Below are positions 1-14,470 of a DNA stretch of 64,000 nucleotides, piece after piece (within the stretch, counting starts at the first letter, position 1; each line of letters begins with the position of its first letter). The translations under genes and the position numbers were made by a program. This DNA is from Camelus ferus. Lineage: Eukaryota. The notes under the pieces were generated by a model that worked only from the letters and a program-made list of their open reading frames with translations, was not told where the DNA came from and did no database searches. The DNA is taken from contig NC_045705.1 in NCBI RefSeq assembly GCF_009834535.1, forward strand, positions 55,614,001-55,678,000, written 5' to 3'.

Positions 1-206
1 GCTGTTAAGCTGAATATCATCTTTCAACATAATTCCTTGGAAAGTCTATTTACTTACTAAAAAAGGCTTTTGTTGCTGGTAACATTTTTAAGTATATGAA
101 CCACAAACAAACAAACAAAATACTACCTGTTCCTAAGGTGCTTGTATTCACATCTTCTTCCTTCTTGCCTAAGGGCCTTTACACATTCTTTTCTTTGTGA
201 CTGGAA

Positions 207-237
<31 letters not shown>

Positions 238-239
238 TT
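207..239 (+). repeat. (TC)n microsatellite followed by T-run
   Basis: About 11 TC units then about 11 T, read directly. Confidence 0.95.
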
Positions 240-599
240 AAGCCTGCTGGAGAGAATGTAGCATAATGTGAAGCAGAGTTAGCAATTCTTTACTTCACAG
301 CTGAACAATTTGGATTGACTTTCTATGCATCATTTGTCGTATCTGCAATATAGAAAAAATAAGGATATTATCAATTTGGAAGGAAGTAAGGACTAAATCC
401 AATAATGCTTCTGAAGGGTTTGGCTCTGTAATTGACAGATAGCAAGAGCCCAAGAAACATTTCTATTTGATTAGCTTTTAGTTAGAATTATCTTCATCTT
501 TCAAATATTTTCCTCAAGGAATCTTTTCCTGTCATCCCCAGGCCTGATCAGATACCTTTGTCATTTACTCTTAGAACACTCTACAGATTTTCATAACAG

Positions 600-1270
600 T
601 TATCAAAGGTAGTGATTATTTTTGCACTTATAGTCTGTTGAATATTTGAATAATGCATGCCTTCCTCAAAGGATTGAATATTCCACGAGGAAAGGCATTA
701 TGTCTGATTCACTTTTCACTATATTACTGGTGTCTGTCTTGGTGTTTTGTTCCTACTGAGTGTTCAGTGTATCTGTATTGAATGATTCAAGTCCTGCATG
801 CATGAATGCATGGTAGGTTGCCAGTCTACCTCAGCAATTTTGTTTCTCAGAACTTCACTAAATGTGCACATGGCTCTACTAAATGACACACATTTCCCAA
901 ACACATCATATCCTCTGATACCACTAAGCCTTTGCACATGCTGGTCTCTTGGCTCAAAATACTTTTCTGTGTTTTCCTTGAATCTTTATTCATCCTCAAG
1001 ACTCATAGTAAGTGAACCTAGTCCTCAAGATGGTCTCTGATCCCTAGGCTGTGGTATTAATACCCCTGCACTCAGTTTCCATGGACATCTTTGGATTACC
1101 TATGATTCTCATTCTGTATTGAAATTTTGTTCTACAAGTCTATTGACCTTAGAAATTTATGTCCGCAAGTAAATAGACTGTTATTTATCTCTGAATATTC
1201 AGGGTCCAGTCTGATGCCTAGTTTCCTGGGCCTGACATATTATTCCTAGTTTTAGTAAATATTTGTTGTG
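600..1270 (+). mobile_element. L2 LINE 3' fragments
   Basis: Degenerate L2 3'-end motifs (ttgaatattccacgaggaaaggc...tgtattgaatga; ...gtaaatatttgttg). Boundaries approximate. Confidence 0.55.
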
Positions 1271-1505
1271 AAAAAGAAGTGATCTTGAAGTCCTTTTATA
1301 GCTATTCATAGTGCTTCCCATATTTCACACATACAGGATAGGGGACCTCTTCTGCTGAAGTAAGTTTCAAAGGGGGTTATTCAAATAGAATTATAGCGGA
1401 TTGTCTTTAAGAAGCCTAAATGGCCAAGAACTGTATACCCTGCCTTGACCTTCACTTCCTTATCCATGGGTAGGGCTATGTAATGATAACCTGCATTCCT
1501 CTTCA

Positions 1506-2035
1506 TATTAGTTATCTATGCTGTGTAACAAATTGCCTCTAAAGTTAGCAGTTTCAAACAAACAAAAGCAATCATTTATTATCTAAAACAGTTTCTGCCT
1601 GACAGGAACTCAGGAGTGGCTACCTAGGTGGTTCTGTCTTGGGTCTCTCACTAGGTTGCAGTCAAGGTGTTACTGAGGTCACAAGCTTCAGAAGGGCTGG
1701 TGGGAGCTGCAGGGTCTACTTCCAAGGTGGTCACTTATGTAGTGCTGTTCGTTGGTGAGAGGCTTCAATCCCTCCTCACACAAGCTGCTTGTCCTCATGT
1801 CGTGGAGGCCAACTGCTTCCCGATGGGGCAATTCAAGAGAAACAGCAAGGAGGAAGCTTCGATGCCTCTTATGGGCTGGTCTCAGAAGGGACACCCTGCT
1901 ACACACACCACATGCTCTTTGTTAGAGGTGAATCACTAAGTCCAGCCCGTATGTACGAAAGGGGAGGGGAATTAAGCTCTACCTCTTGAAGATAACAGTA
2001 TCACAAAATTTGTGAACACTTTGTAAAACCACCAT
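1506..2035 (-). mobile_element. MLT1-family (ERVL-MaLR) solo LTR
   Basis: Begins tattagttatctatgctgtgtaacaaatt, the reverse complement of the MLT1 3' end; later aagtccagccc...ggggaggggaattaagctctacctcttg is typical of MLT1. Confidence 0.75.
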
Positions 2036-2689
2036 GCTTCATTGTTAATAATCACCCAGGTTCTTTATCTTTCTGATGTGTTAGGGTATCAGCATTAAAA
2101 TGCCCTGGGCTCTACATATGAACCACAGTGCTTATACTATATTTGTCACCATTGATTCTAATCAGAACAACAATTGTTTCCTCAAAAATTGTATCTGAAT
2201 ACATAAAGCATTTATAGAAAACATGAATAAACCCCTCCCCAAAGACAAAAGTAAATTGAGGGCAGCTATTAGAGTCCACAATTCCTTATTTTCTTCTCTA
2301 CTAATCATGCTTGTCATGGGATATAGGCTTTTCTGAAAACTAGGGTAGAGGTAAAAGTTTGAACTGGGAGAAGAGGACAAAAATGTTACAGTAAAAATGA
2401 GGTTCTAATGTAAGGTACGCTTTTGTCAAATGATTCTAATGTGATCTGAGTTTTTGCTATCACCATAAGCTAATAAAGTGTTTCTTAAGATTTAGCAATT
2501 CAGTGTTCTCTCTCCTTTTCTCTGTATTGTGCTGTAACTTCAGGAAGTTTTAGGCCTTTTTTAGATGCATCAAGTAATATAAAATTATTTTCTAATTGCC
2601 ATTAGTAACTTCAATATATAAAAATGTTATATAAATAAATGTGATATAGATACATGATGATATTTCTACTACTAATAATAATTGAGAAC

Positions 2690-3240
2690 ATAGATTGAAA
2701 GCATAGTTTGTGGACAATAGTGAGCATTAAGAATGAGGTCCTCAACTCCAAGGAATTTGCCTTCTGAAGGTAGAGACAGAGAGCTACACAGATCATTGAA
2801 ACATGGTGTGGTTAGTCCCCAGGCAAGGGGTAAACACAGGGGTGATTGAGGGATGACTTTCCAAATGAAGTGATGCTAGGTTCTAAGCTGAGTCAGACAG
2901 AAAAGAATAGGAAAGATGTTCTCTGAAAGAAGAAACAACATATGCAAATGTAAGATGCTTGCAAAATTACGTGTGTGTGAAAATCCAAAGAGACTAGTTG
3001 GAATGCAGGGTGTTTTGGAGATGAGTGGCAGGAGACAGAACTGAAGAGGAAGTTAAGGGCCTGAAATTGCTAGATCTTGTATGTTATGCTAATGGAGATT
3101 TATTTTATCCTAAAGACTCTGCAGAGATGACAATCATATATCTATTTTAGAAAGATTATTATGGCTTCGGAGGAGAGGGTAGATTGGTAGGGTGGAATTG
3201 AAATCTTTAGATCAGTAACAAGAATAGTTACTGATGGAGG
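2690..3240 (-). mobile_element. L2 LINE fragment
   Basis: Purine-rich L2 antisense pattern (ctcaaggaatttgccttctgaaggtagagacag...tctattttagaaagattattatggct). Confidence 0.6.
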
Positions 3241-3281
3241 AAATGATGCAGGAGAATGGATGTGGGGCGTGAGGAGGATCG

Positions 3282-3870
3282 TGTCCCAGGATCCGGTTGA
3301 GCCCCTGGGACGTGCCCCACCAAGTGTGGGTCCTTGGCTTCACACAGGGAAGAATTCAAGTGTGAGCCACCATTGAGTAAAGGTAGATTTATTTAGAGAG
3401 ACATAAAGAGTGTAAGGCAAGAGAAAGGCAAGGAAAGGGGTGTGGGAATTGGGTGCTCAGGTTAAAGTAAAAAGTAGGTACACACTCCATAGAGTGTGGG
3501 CCGTCTCCAAAGAGGAGGGAGTGAAAAGGGCCACTAGGTGCGGTGTTGCCAGCTTTTATGAGCTCAGTAGCTTTATACCTTGCAGGTGGGATCATTCCAA
3601 CTGCCCTGGCGAAGGGGTGGGATTCCCAGGGATCGGGCCATGGCCCATTCTTTGGCCTTTTGCAGCTAGCTTTGGGACTATCTGGCACCTGCAGGCATGT
3701 TATTTATCAGGCTGTTATAATGAGCATATAATGAAGCTCAAGATCTACTAGAAGTCAAACCTCTGAATCCTCAGGGCCAACTAGGAGGTGAATGAATCTT
3801 CCACCATTTTGGTGTTAAATTGCTGTCATTCCTTGAGTGGCTGTGCCCTGCCCCCTTCCATGCTGTCTCA
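3282..3870 (-). mobile_element. ERV1-class solo LTR
   Basis: TG...CA ends (tgtcccagg ... gctgtctca); gggtccttggcttcacacagggaagaattcaag resembles MER4/LTR8-type U5; AATAAA on the - strand at 3388-3393. No clear target-site duplication. Confidence 0.65.
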
Positions 3871-5899
3871 GAAAGTGGTTCTAAAGATATTTTGATGTCT
3901 ACATTGACAGAAATGACAACTGTATGTGTAAGGAGTTTCATATGAAAGTTCAAGCACTTGATCAATATGAATGATTTGTGATAACTAGGGTATTCCCTGT
4001 TTAAGCCTGAACCAGAAAAAAGATTCTGTATCTTTTCTTCTATAAATCTGTTTGCATTTTCCTACTAAAACAAACGTTACACATATTTACACAAATGATT
4101 GAAATTTATGACATAAACAAAATAACAGCAAAGACATGCAGGTTGCCTCAAACATAGACACACACACACATGTACATAACAAATACACAAAATACCACGT
4201 AAACAGCTTTAGCGGGAGTGGAGAGAACACTTGTCATTTTGAAAGCCCAGGACATTCTGTCTGCTCATATACTCCTGTCCCAGAAGACCTGAGCCTGCAG
4301 GGACTCAGTCCACCCCAGCCCGTGGGACCTCAGGACTGCAGGACCTAGACCTCTGGGAACAGCCTTACCGTGCAGCCCACAGCTCACTGATTGGATTCAT
4401 GTCTGGAGCCTCTTGAGGGCCCACCAGCTTGAGGGCCTTCTCCAAAGGCCCAGGAAGAGAAAGAACATTGGCACCTTGAGGGTGCCATTTCTGTCCACCC
4501 TCATCAAGGGCCCGGGGACTGGGGAGTCTCCAGGTGAGATCTACTTGGGAGGGCAGGTATGGTTGGAAAGCCAAGGGCATGGCTCAGGCCCAGATCCTGG
4601 GGCAGCTGACTGAAGGACAGACCTACAGAGGACGTCAGAGGAGGGACAAAGAGTCAGTAAGCAAAGACAAGGTGGTCTCAGTCCAGCTTTCCCCTGGATA
4701 TACTATGCAGACGTGAGGCTGGATTTTAAAATCTTAGCAGTTGGAGTGAGGATGGGTACTTAAAGCAAAAGGAAACAAGTAGGACTGGGGCCAGTCTAGA
4801 GGACACAGTTCAACAGCCAAAAACAAATGGTCTGAGAACTTGGATCTAAAGAATGGACTTGGGCTCTGTGATTTTCACGCGATTTGAAAGTTTCTGCCGT
4901 CCGTGTGTATTTGCCTTTGTTTGTGATTGCAATGTCATCACTAGTCATTATTTATTGAGAGCTTAACATTTCCACTCATTGAGTTAAGAACTTTTCTCCT
5001 GTAGAAAAATCTCCTTACAAAGCTTCCATTCACAAAAAATTCTACGAGGAAATAGACATTTTAGAGAAATCAAATAGTTTGTTTGGTATAATCAAAAAAG
5101 AGGCAGAGATTAAGTGCAAATTCCAGAGCCTCGACTCTAAGATCAGGGTTCTTAAGTGGGGGCTATAATATGATTTCATGTAAATTTACATGCCTGTGAT
5201 TCCACAATTTCTGGGTATATGTGTAAAAATGTGTCTTTGTGTGTTAGTTCATGAATTAATTCATTATTTTAGCCATTTGTTCATTGACCTGCACTTTAAT
5301 AGAATACGGAATAAATAGAAGGGAGACTAGAGGAGGGGTGGGAAGGGATGTGGCTGCAAAAGTGCAAAGGTCCCGTGTCACACAGGAGCTTGTGTCTGTG
5401 CATCATTCATTTATTTAATAAAACTTAAGTGTTTACAGAAATTAAATTAGGATAAGGAAATGAAAGTAGGAATATGAAAATGTCTTTACACTCAGGAAAG
5501 GTAGATGATAAGCAAATAAATGCAATAAATTATGACAAGTGCTTTCATAACTCCATGGTTCTGTGGGTGTAAATAAGAGGACAGTCTTGAGGGTTAAGGA
5601 AAGGTTTTCTGGAAGAAAACCTAAGCTGAGACAAAGGACATGGACAAAAGTAATCAGTCCTAAAAATGTCTGATTTGCCTGGATAGAACTTCTTGAGAAA
5701 CGTTAATAAAAAGGATAATGATGATTTTGTTTTTTCTTTAGTGGAAATGCCTGTAGCATTCTTCTGGTTTGGCATATTATGAGCTGGCAGTTTGCACAGG
5801 TTCATTTTCCTTTACTTACATAGTAATAGATATTTAATGATTGCAAATGCATTTTCAGAGACAATGAGAATATTCTTTTTGTCTTGACTCATTGGTGAT

Positions 5900-8400
5900 A
5901 TTCAATTCCAGAAATATTTAATAAGCACCTTTTAAGGGCTACCATTGTGCAAACATTGAAGATATTATTGAAACAAAAAAAATTTTAAAAACAAAATTGA
6001 CATGATCTTCGTCTTTGCAGAAATTGCAGTCTATCAGGAAAATAAATGACAATAAGCTATTAGTTACAAGTAAGATGAATTTCAGAAAAGAGGAAATAAA
6101 AGTACAAAATAAAAGTTTCTAAATATAGAGAGATCAGGAAGATGGTTCCCATGGAAGAGATGTTTAAACTGAATGAAAAAGGGGCTTAATTAAGACTTGA
6201 ATGATAAATAGAACTTAGCCTTGTTTGGGGAAAAGAGTAGGGATGAGAATACTTGTTCTGTCAAGCGAGAAGTATGTACATAGTCTCACTGTCAGGAGAC
6301 TTTGAAGGAACGGAAAGAACACGTTTTAGGTTACCTTTGTTTAGAATAGCACACGTTATCTGTTTAGACTTTCATTCATCCAAATGACCACTGTTCAGAG
6401 AAGTGCAGTATCAATGCATGACTACTCCATGCTTGGGTACTACTTTGAACACCTTGCACTGTGTTAGCTCAGCCTTAGGGAGTGGCTGTGGTCTCATTCT
6501 TCTTCAGCACATGGGTTTCCACCATCATTGGCCTCATTTCTGTTCATCTTCAGAGAAAAGATAGGAGTCTCAGTGGATACTGAAGTAAAAATATATGAGG
6601 AAATAATTAAATACTGTAGCTGGCACCCTGGAAATGAAGTGGTAGAGGAATTTACCATCATCTCTCACATGGACATTGCTTTTAACATGTGTATTTTTAG
6701 AAAATGCAGGATTTTTTTCTGGCAAGCATTCACAGAGTATAGCAAGAAGTCTGAAAAGGTTGTAAGTCTAGATTGTGGAGACTCTGTTAGTTATGTTAAG
6801 GATTTTTAATTTAGATTGAAAAAATAATTGAATCAATATTGTCTATGGTGGATTTAAAGAGAGAAGGTACAAATGAGGTATTTCAAATCTCTCTGTTGGC
6901 TCATTTAGTGCATGATATTAACATTCTCTGAAATATTAGACACAGTAGAAGGCATTAAGTTTGTGGAGAAATACGATGAATTTTAATTTTAATTTTTAAA
7001 ATGTTAAATATGAGGTACCCATGAGATATCCAAAAACAGTGCACATCCAGGGTGCAGATGGATATGTGTGTCTTGAAAGATCTAAATGGGAGCTAAAGAA
7101 TTGGGAGAGGCAATGTATAGCTATTAATTGGAGTCCGAAGAGTTGATGACATAGATCAGGAAAAGTATGGACAGAAAAAGGATGGCTTCAGGCAAAGCCT
7201 TGAGGAATAGCAGGATTTAAGAGCTACAGAGTAGGAGAAACAGTCAAGGATGAGGTACAATGTTAGTGATGTTGAATAAAAACTCAAAAAGTTTGTGATA
7301 AACATTAAGTGGATGTTTCCAGACTGAGGGGATGATCAGTAGTGTCAAAGGCTGCTGAGACGTCCATCAGGACTGAAAGATGGGTTGTGGACACCATGGG
7401 TGACCTTAGTGACAGCTGCTTCAGTGGAAAGGTGAGGACAGAAATGAGATTAACATGAGACAGAGGGTAAGTGGGAGCTGAGAATGGGGATGAGTAGTGT
7501 AGACAACTATGTATTTAGTTATAGAGGTGAGAATATAATACTTTATAATTTAGTTGGGAAGACATTTGAGCACATTTTAATTGTTTCAGTGCTGAAGGAG
7601 CAGAAGTTTTAAAGGACTAGGTTGAAGACAAAGGCAAGAAAGAGAATGGGTGATAATGAAAGGTACCTGATGATGGGGGAAGGTTGACATAGAGGGTATG
7701 AGTTTGTTTTTGGTCCCAGAAATGAAAGGGGCATTTTTTCCAACTATAACAAGGAAAAAGGGTAGAGAATAGGCAGATGTGATGGCTGTCTTACATGATT
7801 TCATAGCTAATGGATTCTAATTTCTCTCTGAAGTCAAATAAAAGATTATCTGTTGAGAAAGAGGGGTTTGGGGGTGGTGAATGTGCTTAGAGGAGAGGAG
7901 GGGAAAAGCCACAGAGGGAGACTGAGTTGAACAAGTTCAGGCTGTTGGATCACTGGACAGGGTGGAAGATTAAGTTAACCGTGCATGATCATGAAATTTG
8001 GGGAACACAAATGTGCCTAGTTAAGAAGTGATTTCCATTATGATCGAGAGTGCTTACTGGGTTTATTAATCTAGTAGTTGAGTTTAGACACATACATGAA
8101 ATGGAAGGTCAGTGGAGCAAGGGGAGCAAAATGTTTGTAAGAGAGTTGTTAAAATGATGACTCATAGAATTTACCTTATGTAACAAGGGATGCAAAGAAA
8201 CTTGGATCCTGAGTGAATCATAGTGAAAAGTCAACACCCTTCAGGGCTCAAGGTTGTTGAAGAGAGAATCAGTATTAACTGAACCACATAATTGAACAGA
8301 TACAATAAATACATTTGTGATGTGTGACATTAGTCAATTTTAGGTTACAGTACTTCAAAGGTATGGCCCTGGAGTTGTGTGGCTGACCCTCTGCAACAAA
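5900..8400 (-). mobile_element. Long degenerate L2 LINE tract
   Basis: Repeated L2 antisense motifs (atttaataagcacc..., gatcagtagtgtcaaaggctgctgagacgtcc, ggtgaccttagtgacagctgcttcagtgg, gtagacaact). Confidence 0.6.
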
Positions 8401-9099
8401 ATAAAGCCATCCAGGGTGATGCTACATACTTTGAGGGCAAGTTTTGGGTAGGTGAATGGCAAGGATGTTAAATTTATTGCAGGTAATAGCTGGGCTTGTG
8501 TCTTCAAAGAGTGAAGGGAATTACAAGGAAGTCTGTGAAGGCTAATAATTAGAAAAGAGAAGAAGTGTGTAAATGGATAGATTGATGCATTATTTATTTT
8601 TCATTTTAAATGAGGGTTTAGAAGAGCTGTCTGCAGGCAGTATGACATGCCTTCATTTAGAAGTGCTCCTTTTAATTGTACAAAGTATCTTTTGCTTCAC
8701 TTAATGCTTTTAAAATTAAATTTTACACTTTTTGATTTTCATTTTGTCAGGTTTGCTTCCTTTGTCTTTAATTTTTTCTGAAGTAGCCTTGTCTATCTGT
8801 CCCTTTTACCTTCTCCATTACTTTCTTTTAGAGCTTTCTCATGAGAGCAATGTGACATTGGATTTTATTTAAAGGACTTGATTCATGCCTATGTTTCTAA
8901 ATATAGGAATTCAACAATATACATTTATAATCATAAGTGATGTGCTTGATTTTAGGCTGTTAAGTTATTTTGTGCTTCTAGTTTTCTATATTTTTTATTT
9001 GAGTTATTTAATATCTTTTACTATACACATATCATGTGTATACCCTTTGCCACAGACTTTACAGAGAATTTTGGTCATATACATAGGAGTCTAGGAAAA

Positions 9100-9260
9100 T
9101 ACCCCTTGGATTTGATTCCCATTTCTACCATTTCTTCATTGGGTGGCTTTGGCAAGTTACTTAACTTCTCTGTTTCAGTTTTTACATCTTTAAAATGTGG
9201 ATAACGTTATTATTTATCTCACAATTTTTTAAAGATGATCATAGAAGTGATTACATGTAA
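9100..9260 (+). mobile_element. MIR SINE
   Basis: Core ggcaagttacttaacttctctgtttcagtttttacatctttaaaatgtggataac. Confidence 0.8.
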
Positions 9261-10317
9261 AAAGTTTTAGATTTGTGTAGAATAATGAAGATTCTAAAAA
9301 ATATTACCTTTTGTTCTGGAGGTTGCTTATTTCCTTTTATCTTGACCCAGAATTTAGAATACATAAATTCTATATTTCTTCCACTAGAGGTCACCTCGGT
9401 ATTTATCAAAAGCACACTTAAACTGATTTCCTCATTAAATCGTCCGAGTGGGCTAGAGACTGAGCTGTGTGTGAATCTTTTTCTCATATTATTCTCCATG
9501 GTAAGGCATCAAACAACACAGCCTTCGAAAACATTGTGATCTGCAAATCCCGAGACTGTCTAGTGTCAGGAAAATCCCTGCAGCCGCGATAGGGGTGATG
9601 TGACAAGTTATGGTTCCGTGTTAGGTCTTTCCTTACGCCTTCTCTACATCTCCCGCCTCTTCTCAATTCTTCACATTGAGCAGTGTGTTGAGAAAGTCAC
9701 CTGGTGTGAAGCAGCAGCAAAAACAGTGTTGTCTGCGGACCGTAATGATCTTGGCTCTGCCAGTTACAGAACGTGAGATCTTGGGTAGGATAGCTCTCAG
9801 AGTTTTCTTCTATTAAAAAAAAGGAAAGGAAAAAAAAGAGGAGGATAAAAATAAATATCTCACAAGATGGTTCTAAATGAGATCCTACTTTTATAAGAGT
9901 CTGGCCCATGGGAAGAGTCTGTAAAGATTAATTATCTCCTTATTTTCCCAATTATGCCCCACTTTTCTAATTTTTTTCTCTCTCAGCATGTGGTTAGATT
10001 GTTTTTCTCTATTCTTGTAATTATATGGCAACACATTACACAGAGCCAGGGAAAACTTGAGCATTAAAATGGAAATAGCATTTTATGCAGTTTGAAGAAG
10101 ACTTGAGGGAGCTCTGGGGATTAGTACCCGGAGTACTGGTCTGGGGAATCTTTCTAGAAGAAATGACCTTCACTATTAATAGCAAAGGGAGGCTCTCTCT
10201 TGGTAGATCAGAAAAAGGAGTGATGGTCCTAAGACAAGAGTTCAGGGAGAATTGCAATACAATTTTTTAACGTTCATTATATACAATTTATTTTAGGACA
10301 CAGAAGCTCTTCATCAG

Positions 10318-11271
10318 ATGTCAGTGGCCATGTACAACCTGACTGGCTACAACACAGGTGCCTTCACCCTTCTGGGCATCCCTGGACTTGAGCAGTACCA
10401 CATCTGGATCAGCATCCCCTTCTGTTTTATCTATCTTGTGGCCATTGTGGGTAATAGCATCCTTCTCTACCTCATTACAGTGGAGCGCAGTCTTCATGCA
10501 CCCATGTGCTTTTTCCTTTCTGTGCTGGCTATTACTGATCTCATATTGTCTACCACCTGTGTCCCCAAAACTCTCAGCGTCTTCTGATTTGGTCCCCAGA
10601 AAATCAGTTTCCCTGGCTGTCTCACTCAATTATTCTTCCTGCATTACAGCTTTGTTCTAGACTTAGCTATACTGATGGCCATGGCCTTTGACCGCTACGT
10701 GGCCATCTGCTTACCCTTGAGATACACCACTATCCTGACCACCAGAACCACTGTCAAAATTGCTCTGGGAATCACCTTCAGAAGTTTCTGTGTTTTTGTC
10801 CAGTGCGTTTTCCTTGTAAATCGTCTGCCCTTCTGCAAGACACACAACATTCCCCACACATACTGTGAGCACATAGGTGTTGCCCGGCTTGCCTGTGCTG
10901 ATATCTCCATCAATATCTGGTATGGGTTTTGTGTTCCAATCATGACGGTGATTATAGATGTGATTCTAATTGCTGTCTCGTACACTCTCATCCTCTGTGC
11001 TGTCTTTCGCCTCCCCTCCCGAGATGCTCGCCAGAAGGCCCTGGGCACCTGTGGGTCCCATGTCTGTGTCATCCTTATATTCTATATACCAGCTTTCTTT
11101 TCCATCCTTGCACATCGCTTTGGACATAATGTCCCTCGTACCTTTCACATTATGTTTGCCAACCTCTATGTTATCATCCCACCTGCACTCAACCCTATTG
11201 TCTATGGGGTCAAGACCAAGCAGATCCGAGACAAAATCATTCTTCTCCTGTTTCCTAAGGGGTCCCACTGA
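10318..11271 (+). pseudogene. OR52H2P: Olfactory receptor OR52H subfamily (OR52H2-like), single in-frame nonsense
   Basis: One reading frame with OR52 motifs [58 protein letters not shown]>TGA (Trp90) at 10585-10587 is the only frame lesion. Name from synteny. Confidence 0.85.
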
Positions 11272-13949
11272 TGTTTGCCTGAAGCCTAGGAGGCAGGGGC
11301 AAGTTCCTAGTGTACATTAGGTTAAAGACTGCACTTGTTGCTTTGGCCCCAGAGAAGAGCCTAATGAAAAAATTCCTTATTAGTCAGAAACATGGTTTTG
11401 CTTCCTTTGTTGCTTTAGGCAGAAGTCTTCTCATACATCCTAAAAAATTTTTTAGTCTAGGAGATAACATACATATTTTGTTTCTGGAACCTAAAAAAAT
11501 TTAATTTCTTTTAAATTCCCTAAGGTAATTGCAAAACTTTAAATGAAAACAAAGTGATCAGTATCTCTTTTTCTTTACAAAGATGCTTCTAAGGAATCTG
11601 ATTTTTTTTTCAGATTTATACATCAGAGTAGTTTATACATCATAGTAGTACAAGGAATTTCTACCATGATGATGCTGTGAGCTCCTAGAGTTTTAGTTTG
11701 GTTGCTTCAATCCGTTCCTGGACAGCTTGAAGCATAAGTCTTGGCATGTACTGTGTGCATAAGCATTGTTTAGCAAATAAATGAATGGCAAATACCCATG
11801 CAGTTATTAAATTGAGAGCGCAGGGGTTTATTTGAGACAAAGGAAGAAGGCAATGATGAAATCCAAAGCTCATTTTTTACTTAATTTTGAGAAACCCAAA
11901 TGCGATGTGGATGGGTAGAGTCCCCTAAGAAGGAATACACAGAGGAAGCCAAATTCTTATGGCCAATAAGATAGAAAAGCACGTACAGACTAAGATGTGG
12001 GTTTGAGACTTGACCAATTAGAAGCACTGCTGGTCCTAACTCTCTTGTTCATTCTTGTATCTCAAAAGAAGTGTGGTCTCATGCCAAAGTGTATCTCCAT
12101 TTATATTATTCATTATCTCTTCAAATTCAATATGCTTAACTTGGTCTAGTGAGTCCTTTAGTTTCTGAATCAGTTAAGAAATAACTATTTTTGGTATTTG
12201 GTGGGTGCCAATGGTAGCGGATGTCAGATTTCCTCCCATATCCACTATGACCTTAAAGCCTACTGCTTCTTTACAGATGACCTCTCAGATTCCCCAGTCC
12301 GGTGTAAACACCCCTTCTCTTATCACAGTGGTTCAAACACTCATCACTTTTCATCTGAATCAAACTACCAAGGTTCTACATGGTATCTCTCCTTCTAGAT
12401 GCTTTCCCATCTCCACACTACCACTCCATTCATGTCCCTAGATTTATATTTCTATAATAATTCTCAATATAAAATTTTAATAGGAAGCATATGGTCTTTG
12501 ACCTCAGGGAGTCAAATTTTAGTATATCATTTTATTGGGTGACAGCCACATACGTTGTTTTCAACATTATCTGTATAAATAAAGGTAGTCTGAAGTTTAA
12601 GGAGAAGAGAAAGTAGAGTCAAAAGATAAAACAATTAGAAACAAACCAACAGAATATCTTTCTCTGAGGCTAAGGAGTCCATGTGAAATAACTCTGAGTC
12701 CACGTTGTACGAAATCACTAAATGGGAGTTCAAGTAATTGATAGGGGTCAAAATGAATATGCACAAAATATTAAACCCGGCATATGGAAATTTCCACCTT
12801 CGTCATTTTAACCACTTAATCTCTTAATCATAAAAAAAAAGACTAACATGATTTCCAGTTAAAAAAATTGTTACATACATGATAGTAATTAAATTGTGGG
12901 GTCTTCCATTCTGCTGACATAGCTGATTTGTGCTCCAGATGACAATACCAGGTCGCAGGACCAGCTGTCTGCTAAGGCACCTCTCCTACATCGCGCTGAT
13001 AGAACCATAACATTTGTATGTAAAGTAATGGTTTGTTGTTTGCTGTTATTTAATTGGGGGTGAAGAGTGGGGGATGTGGTTTACATTTTTAGGGTGTGAA
13101 TTATAAATAGAGAAGGGACACCAGAATATGTTTCTATTTTAGTCCAATGAAAATCAGTAACTGATTTACTAGAAAAATATGTTTTTATTAAACCAGGTTA
13201 TGGAAACATTAAGCTCTAAGTAAGTTCTTCATAACCTTTTGTTTGGACCAGGTGTTCATATAAAATACATACAAGTTACCTATGGCCAGTTCTTTTCCAC
13301 TAAATCTAGTCAAAAAGGACAGATGTCTCCATAAATATCCATATCATCCCAGAGTACTCTGAAGGTAAGAACTGGGAATTTTCACTACTTAAATGTGCCT
13401 ACTTTTCCTTTAAAAATATTGGCCCAAGAAAACTCAATAGTACATCAAACTAAACACTGGTGTGCATTTGACTGATATTTTCAATAGTCTCAATGTTAGA
13501 TATAAAAAGATAGCCATTGGCAATGGAATTATTTGTGCTCAGTGTCCAACCAGAAGGAAAGCTGCCTGTGGACTAGATAAAGGCAAAAAAGGAGCACTTT
13601 TAAAGCCCAGTATTCAGGGTTATTGTTGAATATCTTTGTAGACATATAGATAGAAAGACTGGATTTACCACACTTACGGAAATTAACCTGGCTGTTAGAG
13701 TTGTAGGACAAAAGCCTCTTAGATACGAACTGAGATCTGGGACTCCTCACAGTACCAACAGGCAGATCTAAATGTATCCCCACAGGAATGTATTTCATTA
13801 ATTATTTGTTTTAACCAACGATACATTTATAGTGAAGTTTCATTTTGTGTTGAGTCTCAAATAATGAAAAGATGACAGCCTCCCAAAGACCAGGATGAAG
13901 ATAAATAGAAGTAGAAGATACAGCAAGTAAAGATTCCAATGAGAACAAA

Positions 13950-14470
13950 ATGAGATTTAAGCCAAGGAACAACATAGTCAGATGTACATTTTGGAAAGCT
14001 CAGTCCGTCCTCAGTGTGGAAATTGCGCTGAGGGAGACAAAACAGAAATAAAATGATACTTTAGGAGGCTATTAGAGTACCTTAGGGAAGAGGTGATGAT
14101 GGTAGCTGGGCACTGGAGACAGAGAAGAGAATGGATTCAAGAGATCTTTAGAGGGAAACAGCAGCATGATGTAGTTTTAAAAAATTCATCTAAGTAGTGA
14201 GGTGTGACATTTGCTGAACTTTGGAACACTGAAAGAACAGGTTTGGAGAGGGGGCAGTGAATGCAGTTTGGGACCAGATGATTTTGAAGCTGAAGTGGGA
14301 TATTTAGCCTAGGATGTTTCAAAGAGCCCTTTGGTGCCTGGCAGGACCATCCCATGTGGTCCTTCAGAGGAATCTGCATCCAGTTTTCGTTCCACTTCTG
14401 CCCCGATGTAGACAGTTCCAACTCACTTTCCTGTTTTCCAGTCTTTATGCTCTCATCCACATATATAACC
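13950..14470 (-). mobile_element. L2 LINE fragment
   Basis: ggaggctattagagtac...gaggtgatgatggtagctggg...agatctttagaggg...gcagtttggg L2 antisense pattern. Confidence 0.65.

Noticed and set aside
4365-4716. GC-rich patch with several short overlapping ORFs
   Set aside because: No recognisable protein motif or consistent splice structure.
6420-6545. YFEHLALC, resembling the OR motif YCEHMA
   Set aside because: Too short and degenerate, no other OR motifs in frame, and embedded among L2 fragments.
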